Virus record (IMG/VR): IMGVR_UViG_2541047088_000005
Location: 1,126-65,125 of that record
Direction: 5' to 3' (one strand)
Length of the DNA stretch: 64,000 nt
Origin: a virus
Taxonomy: Duplodnaviria > Caudoviricetes
Shown: piece after piece, positions 58,301-64,000 of the stretch
How positions within the stretch are numbered: position 1 is the first letter of the stretch
How the letters are laid out: every line of letters starts with the position of its first letter
Translations under genes and position numbers: made by a program
Notes under the pieces: model-generated
Seen by the model: the letters and a program-made list of their open reading frames with translations, nothing else
Told to the model about the DNA's origin: nothing
The model's database searches: none

Positions 58301-59782
58301 ATGGGAACCACGATAGAGCTTTTCTCTGGTCCTGGAGGTCTTGGACTTGGATTTCATATGGCAGGATTTAAAACACTTGCTGCTTTTGAATATGAAGACG
58401 ATTGCATTAATACATATAAGGCAAACTTTCCTGAAACATATGTTGAAAAAAAGGACTTAAAAAGTTTCTCCGAAACTGATATAGAAAGCTTGAAGGAATT
58501 TATCAGAAATAATGGTAGTCCTCTAATTGACGTTGTCATGGGTGGCCCTCCTTGTAGGAGTTTTTCAACTTCAAATTCCAAGAGGGAGCATGGTGACCAT
58601 AGGGACTACTTGTATAAATCCTTGGTTTATGTTGCAAGCCAACTTAATGCCAAATATTTCATTATGGAGAATGTTGAGGATATTTTATCTAAGTCTGTTG
58701 AAAAGGGAAACAGTAAAAAAGTTTTCCACCGGTTACTAGAAGACCTACAGATTGCGGGGTTTCATTATATTAACTTTAAAATATTAAAATCTGCGGATTA
58801 CGGTGTTCCTCAGACAAGGGAAAGGATTATTATCATTGCAACAAAAGATCCTAACCTTCAGATAACTTATCCAAAACCTACACATTATCCAGACAGGGAA
58901 CCAAAGTGGATATCCGTCAGTGAAGCTTTTGAAGACCTTCCAAAGGTAACATCTCCAAGTGATAATGAGCGTGGTGCAAACCAAGAACTATTGCATCATG
59001 TTGGTAAAAATTATGTTTGTTACCAGTATGCTAGTAATCCAAGGAATGATTATACCCGGTATTGTAGGGGATTTGAAAGCTCTTATGGATATCTGCCTTT
59101 TCCATGGACTGCTTACGATCCTAATCAGCTTTCACTGTTTATTGTACCAGAACATAAGGAAAGGATTATTGAAAGGTATTCTCTTCTGGAAGAAGATGAG
59201 AATCAGGGGGATTTGGTAAAAAGGTTAAAGTCACAGTTATCAGAGGAACAGTTTCAAAATTTGCTTAAAAGGCAGGTAATCCCCAAAAAAATATTTGTTC
59301 AAAAAAATAGAAAGTTACCCGCAAATATTCCTGCCCGGACAGTTACCTCCCATGCCCGAGAAGAGTTGGTACATCCTGACTTTAATAGAAATTTAACAGC
59401 ACGAGAAGTTGCAAGATTACAAGGATTCCCTGACTGGTACAAAATAACCGGAGATAACCAAAAACCTTATAAGGGTGATCCGGATAGAGAGATAGGAGCA
59501 GGCCGTGACTATTACCAACAGCTAGGGGATGCAGTTCCACCGTTAATGGCAGCAGCAATAGCTAAAGAAGTAAAGAAAAATATTGAACATTCAGGACACG
59601 CCAAGAATGCCGAATTAAGAAAGCTTCTTGTAAAGTATATATATAGTCATAATATTAAAATTCAAGATGTAATGTCTAAGTTTAAAATTAATAATTTTGA
59701 ACTTTCCGATATTCTGTCCGGAATAGTGGAGATACCTACCGAGGTAATTGACAAGATATCATCAAAAATTTATGAAGACTAA
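58301..59782 (+). CDS. C5 cytosine DNA methyltransferase with C-terminal extension
   Basis: Motif I ELFSGPGG, IV GGPPCRSFS, VI ENV, VIII QTRER, IX REVARLQGFP, X GDAVPP. Confidence 0.93.
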   Translation: MGTTIELFSGPGGLGLGFHMAGFKTLAAFEYEDDCINTYKANFPETYVEKKDLKSFSETDIESLKEFIRNNGSPLIDVVMGGPPCRSFSTSNSKREHGDHRDYLYKSLVYVASQLNAKYFIMENVEDILSKSVEKGNSKKVFHRLLEDLQIAGFHYINFKILKSADYGVPQTRERIIIIATKDPNLQITYPKPTHYPDREPKWISVSEAFEDLPKVTSPSDNERGANQELLHHVGKNYVCYQYASNPRNDYTRYCRGFESSYGYLPFPWTAYDPNQLSLFIVPEHKERIIERYSLLEEDENQGDLVKRLKSQLSEEQFQNLLKRQVIPKKIFVQKNRKLPANIPARTVTSHAREELVHPDFNRNLTAREVARLQGFPDWYKITGDNQKPYKGDPDREIGAGRDYYQQLGDAVPPLMAAAIAKEVKKNIEHSGHAKNAELRKLLVKYIYSHNIKIQDVMSKFKINNFELSDILSGIVEIPTEVIDKISSKIYED

Positions 59783-59808
59783 AAAAGCTGCTATAAGCAG
59801 CTTTTCTT
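59782..59808. terminator. Bidirectional terminator between MTase and REase
   Basis: AAAAAGCTG-ctataag-CAGCTTTT. Confidence 0.65.
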
Positions 59809-59811
59809 ATT

Positions 59812-60744
59812 TTACCGTGGACGCCAATTCGCATTGAAGTTACTATTGTTTATATCTGTAACCATTTCTAGAACTTGAAGTGCATGGTTTTTTATAAGTT
59901 CCTGGATCCTATCCATACTCCCAAAATATATACTATCGTCATTCGGCTTGTCCTCATCAATCAAATACACTCCATGCCAGTCTTCCTTAGCAGCTTTGTA
60001 ATACTGGCCTTTTAGAAAATAATCTGGGTCAAGTGCAAGTAATATTGACCATAGGTTATTATCCATAGCTTTCCGACTTGAACTTGTATTTATCTTTACT
60101 CTATCCCTTATAGATGTCTTACACTGAATTAATCCGAATAATGTCCATTTCCTAGAAAACTGCGTTAAATATAATAAAAATAAATCAAAATTCTTACTCT
60201 TTAATATTTCCCCAATATATGATCTTTGAGAGTCATTACTTATATGCAGCTCTGCTTCTTCTCCATTCTGCCTTGGTTGACTTCCACCCTTGAACAATTT
60301 ATTCATCATGCTATCATTAACAACAATAATTTCTCCGGAATTGTCACCCAATGTGAGTCCCTGTCTAAAGAAGTTTTCCCATGCTATACCTGATGCACGT
60401 TTCCAGCTTTGAGTGGCACTATCAAATATCGACAGTAATTCATCATCTGTCAGCAATTCAAAGGCTTTATCTTCATCTATATTTTTGGCCTGTAAAATGG
60501 TTTTTATTGTTTCTCTCTTGTTATCTATATATGAATTTATATGTGCCTTTTGAACCATTCTCCAGACATGCCCCGGATTTTCTCCCGGAAACTTTGAGAC
60601 CAAGCTGCTAAAAACCTCATGAATTGTATCTGTTCGAAGACTTGCAATTTTTTTATCTGTAACTGTACCACTTATATTGCATGTTTTTTCAGATAAAATT
60701 TTAGCATATTCGTTATTAGCATCATCTATTGATATATTTGGCAT
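59812..60744 (-). CDS. Type II restriction endonuclease, BsaWI/CCGG-family-like
   Basis: QSWKRASGIAWENF, NFD, IQCKTSIRDR; convergent with C5-MTase. Confidence 0.7.
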   Translation of the reverse strand: MPNISIDDANNEYAKILSEKTCNISGTVTDKKIASLRTDTIHEVFSSLVSKFPGENPGHVWRMVQKAHINSYIDNKRETIKTILQAKNIDEDKAFELLTDDELLSIFDSATQSWKRASGIAWENFFRQGLTLGDNSGEIIVVNDSMMNKLFKGGSQPRQNGEEAELHISNDSQRSYIGEILKSKNFDLFLLYLTQFSRKWTLFGLIQCKTSIRDRVKINTSSSRKAMDNNLWSILLALDPDYFLKGQYYKAAKEDWHGVYLIDEDKPNDDSIYFGSMDRIQELIKNHALQVLEMVTDINNSNFNANWRPR

Positions 60745-60857
60745 AAGTTTCTCCTAAATCTCTTATCATGGATTATATAATCTTATACACCAAATTGTAC
60801 CAAAGTAAGCTAAATTGTGCAATATAATGACACATCGTATAAATTTTTTACTACATG

Positions 60858-61817
60858 CTACTGCTTTTTTAATAGCGGTATAAGTGTAGCCGTTGCAATT
60901 CCAACAAAAACACTTGCTGTAACCTCACTAATAGAAGCCTTACACATGAGTAAATATAAACAGAAAATCAAAATTGGGATTATAATTAAATTGAGGTTAT
61001 TTTCTAATTTAAAAAATCTCTTAATTTTTAATTTTATCGACTTTTTCTCATCTTTATCCTCTTCAACAATTGGAATAGTATTTAAGTCATTAATGCATTC
61101 AGCAAATAAATCAATACTATATTTATGTGGATTGGTAATCTTATTAATATTTTCATAATTGGGTATTAAATTATAAGTAATCTTCAAAAGATTTTTAATT
61201 ACTATTGAGATTTCTGAAAGATACAGTCCTTTTCTAAGATTTGGTAATACTCTCTTGTTCAAGCTAATATAGAAATCCCTAAGATATTGTTCTTCTACAG
61301 AAATATTAAATAAGTTAATCTTCCGGTAGAATTTTAAAGAATCATATATAAGCCAGTTAAAATGCATACCTATTTGATTAAGTTCTTTTATAATTTTTTT
61401 ACGTTCATCTTCTACTTTGCATTCATTTGAACATACCTCTAACCGATTTCTTAAAAGATATAATATGTAAAATTGCTTATTATATGTATCGAGATTATTG
61501 AATGCTCTGTTATAAGTCTTTATATAGGCATGTGCTATAAAGATAAAACTTAAGCAATACAAAAGGTAAAAATAAATTTGTGATATTTTAAATACACTTA
61601 AGGCATTTATCATGGAAATAATAAATGGTAAAGGGGTTAACAGAATAAGAATCCACAAATTTTTATTTATATTTACTATTCTTCTCTCAAACTTGTTTTT
61701 ATGAATTTTTTTGAAAAAAATATTCATTTGCTCAGGTGTAACTTCACAATTTCTATTCTTTTCTTCAATACCATTATTCAAAAAATCACCTCCACAATTA
61801 TACATTGATAATATCAA
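60858..61817 (-). CDS. Hypothetical multi-TM membrane protein
   Basis: Two N-terminal and two C-terminal hydrophobic segments; low GC. Confidence 0.6.
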   Translation of the reverse strand: MILSMYNCGGDFLNNGIEEKNRNCEVTPEQMNIFFKKIHKNKFERRIVNINKNLWILILLTPLPFIISMINALSVFKISQIYFYLLYCLSFIFIAHAYIKTYNRAFNNLDTYNKQFYILYLLRNRLEVCSNECKVEDERKKIIKELNQIGMHFNWLIYDSLKFYRKINLFNISVEEQYLRDFYISLNKRVLPNLRKGLYLSEISIVIKNLLKITYNLIPNYENINKITNPHKYSIDLFAECINDLNTIPIVEEDKDEKKSIKLKIKRFFKLENNLNLIIIPILIFCLYLLMCKASISEVTASVFVGIATATLIPLLKKQ

Positions 61818-61885
61818 ATTTGCCCCAAAGGTTCAATAACATAACACATTCAACTAATTTTTGCCTTTTATAATTCTCATACACA

Positions 61886-61908
61886 TGCTATAATAGAACG
61901 TATGTTCG
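61886..61908 (+). promoter_or_regulatory. Extended -10 promoter element and LexA (Cheo) box
   Basis: TGcTATAAT followed by AGAACGTATGTTCG (GAAC-N4-GTTC). Confidence 0.7.
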
Positions 61909-61929
61909 ACAAATTATTCGAGGTACCAT

Positions 61930-62436
61930 ATGATATCAACAGACAAACTAGAATTAATATGTAGAAAATGTCACATTATCAAGGAGTTTGCCCCCTTACC
62001 CGAATCAATACTAGGCTACTATTATTGTGACGGGAACTACTATGTTATTTTGATTAACGAGAGTATTAGGGATGATGAGAAGCTTTACCGCTGTGTTCTT
62101 GCGGAAGAGATAGGACACTACAGGACCACTATCGGTGATATAACCCCACGTAAATACATGTGCTACAGGGACAGGCTCACAGTGGACAAAATGGAACATT
62201 TGGCCTTACGGTGGGCAACCGATTTCATGGTACCTACAGGTATGCTAATTGATTCGCTTAGAGAATGGCTACAGCCGACACTTGATGGTCTGGTGGAATA
62301 CTTTCAGGTAACTAACGAATTTATGCTGCATAAGCTGGAATTTATGTCAAAGCAGAATTGTCTCTGGGACATAGACGGTAAAAGAAGTTTGTACCTTGCC
62401 AACTTTCCGTCAGTACATATTTATGAAAGAATATAA
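61930..62436 (+). CDS. ImmA/IrrE-family metallopeptidase
   Basis: VILINESI...CVLAEEIGHY...WATDFMVP. Confidence 0.85.
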   Translation: MISTDKLELICRKCHIIKEFAPLPESILGYYYCDGNYYVILINESIRDDEKLYRCVLAEEIGHYRTTIGDITPRKYMCYRDRLTVDKMEHLALRWATDFMVPTGMLIDSLREWLQPTLDGLVEYFQVTNEFMLHKLEFMSKQNCLWDIDGKRSLYLANFPSVHIYERI

Positions 62437-62452
62437 CATGGAGGTGTATGTC

Positions 62453-64000
62453 ATGATAGCTGCTATATATGCAAGATATTCAAGCGACAACCAGAGAGAG
62501 GAATCTATTGATGCTCAGGTAAGGGCGATTAATGAATATGCCCAGAGAAACGGTTATAGCATAGTCAAAATATATTCGGACGAGGCACGATCCGCCACAA
62601 CAGACAACAGGCCACAGTTTTTGCAGATGATGAAAGACAGTGCATTAGGTCTGTTCAACGCTGTTATAGTCCACAAGCTGGACAGGTTTAGCCGTGACAG
62701 GTACGATTCTGCCTTCTACAAAAGACAGCTTAAAAAGAACGGTGTGAAGCTTATATCTGTTCTGGAAAATCTGGATGACAGCCCGGAGAGTATCATTCTT
62801 GAATCGGTACTGGAAGGCATGGCCGAGTACTACAGTGCAAACCTTGCCCGTGAGGTTATGAAAGGCATGAAGGAAACTGCTCTACAGTGCAGGCACAACG
62901 GAGGTACTCCGCCCCTTGGTTACGATGTGCTTCCTGACAAAAGCTATTCTATAAATGAATCTGAAGCACGGATTGTGAGAACCATATTTGAAATGTACGC
63001 ATCCGGCCACAGCTACAGCGAGATAATTGACACCATGAACCGTGAGGGTTACAAGAGCAAGTCCGGGCGATCCTTCGGCAAGAACAGCCTCCACGATATA
63101 CTGAGAAATGAGAAATATACCGGTACATATATTTTCAACCGTACTGTTAGCAAAGCCGGAGGCAAGCGTAATAACCACAGTTCAAAGTCGGATATAGATA
63201 TAATCCGGGTGGAAAACGGAATGCCTGCTATTATATCAAAGGAATTATGGAATGAGGTGAGCAAAAAGATGAACGGAAATAAACGTGCCAGGGCCGCCAA
63301 CTCTGCAAAGGAAAACTACCTTCTGAGTGGTCTGGTTTTTTGCGGTGTATGCGGTGGATCCTTTGCAGGAAACCGTAAATTTTCGGGACGTAATAAAAAC
63401 CTGTATGTAACATATGAGTGTACCACCAGAAAACGTAAACGTACCTGCTGCATGAAGTCCATTGAAAAGAATTTTATCGAAAATCTGGTTATTGACCAGC
63501 TATTAACTGATATTTTTGCTCCCGATGCCATAGAAAGAATTGCAGACAGGATTGCTGAGTATGCGAAAACCAGAACATCTGAGATTTCAAAAAACATTAG
63601 GGAATATGAAAATGAATTAGCAGGAATTCAGACACAAATAAGCAATACTGTAAATGCAATTGCCAACGGAATGTTCCACCCTTCCATGAAGCAGAAAATG
63701 GACGAATTGGAGGCAAGAAAATCAGCTTTGGTAATCAGGATCGAGGAAGCAAAACGGCAGGCGGAAATAAATTCTCCCTCAAGAGATTTCATCCGCTCCT
63801 ATCTGGAACAGGATTCCGATATAAAAAACAAAAGCCCGGAAGATCAGAAACGGATCATCCAGACTTATGTCGTTAAAATTATTGTCTACAATGATAGGAT
63901 TGACACCTATACAATTGTGGACTTTGATGGTGGAGGCGAGGGGAGTCGAACCCCTGTCCGAAACCATATCCTCAAGAACTTCTACGGGTGTAGCCTATGA
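62453..64000 (+). CDS. Large serine recombinase (integrase)
   Basis: YARYSSDNQ catalytic Ser, DRFSRD, PPLGY, NEKYTG, zinc-ribbon CGVCG/C-C; stop TGA at 63998-64000. Confidence 0.93.
   Translation: MIAAIYARYSSDNQREESIDAQVRAINEYAQRNGYSIVKIYSDEARSATTDNRPQFLQMMKDSALGLFNAVIVHKLDRFSRDRYDSAFYKRQLKKNGVKLISVLENLDDSPESIILESVLEGMAEYYSANLAREVMKGMKETALQCRHNGGTPPLGYDVLPDKSYSINESEARIVRTIFEMYASGHSYSEIIDTMNREGYKSKSGRSFGKNSLHDILRNEKYTGTYIFNRTVSKAGGKRNNHSSKSDIDIIRVENGMPAIISKELWNEVSKKMNGNKRARAANSAKENYLLSGLVFCGVCGGSFAGNRKFSGRNKNLYVTYECTTRKRKRTCCMKSIEKNFIENLVIDQLLTDIFAPDAIERIADRIAEYAKTRTSEISKNIREYENELAGIQTQISNTVNAIANGMFHPSMKQKMDELEARKSALVIRIEEAKRQAEINSPSRDFIRSYLEQDSDIKNKSPEDQKRIIQTYVVKIIVYNDRIDTYTIVDFDGGGEGSRTPVRNHILKNFYGCSL
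63928..64000 (-). ncRNA. ssrA: tmRNA 3' end (partial)
   Basis: Minus strand reads ...CCCGTAGAAG...GTTTCGGACAGGGGTTCGACTCCCCTCGCCTCCACCA: T-arm, acceptor 3' strand and CCA. Confidence 0.85.

Larger units (their letters stand above)
1..63930 (-). mobile_element. Outer temperate siphovirus-type prophage (left end outside window), integrated beside tmRNA 3' end
   Basis: Canonical order lysis-tail-head-terminase-late regulator-[Mu-like insertion]-replication-immunity-cargo-ImmA-serine recombinase, ending at the ssrA 3' end. Confidence 0.92.

Noticed and set aside
1-64000. CRISPR array or cas genes
   Set aside because: No regularly spaced repeat-spacer units seen; the repeats found are operators, iterons, transposon ends or Gly codon runs
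63928-64000. tRNA gene
   Set aside because: No D-arm or anticodon arm within tRNA length of the T-arm; the upstream GTAGA...GTTTCGGAC context fits tmRNA

Overview
The whole window is prophage DNA from a low-GC Clostridia-type (Firmicutes) host and contains two nested phages. (1) An outer temperate siphovirus-type prophage (HK97-fold capsid, P27-type small terminase, HNH, non-contractile tail). It is integrated next to the 3' end of the host tmRNA gene (ssrA, minus strand, from 63928) and encodes a large serine recombinase and an ImmA-like protease behind a LexA box. Its left end lies outside the window. (2) A Mu-like transposable myovirus prophage of 30,658 bp (18744..49401, ends TGTA...TACA, 5-bp target duplication CAAGT) inserted between the replication and late-regulator regions of the outer phage. 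The two unrelated phages share a homologous 1.5-kb module: tail-fibre tip, XkdW-like gene and XkdX. The outer phage also carries a duplicated immunity region and a low-GC cargo island (AIPR, DUF262, SIR2/AbiH-like, C5-MTase with a restriction endonuclease, membrane protein), plus HEPN and DUF2691 morons. Both tail-chaperone genes have -1 frameshift signals. Four genes are broken by apparent single-base indels, which may be decay or sequencing error. All family assignments come from motif recognition and gene order; no database searches were run.
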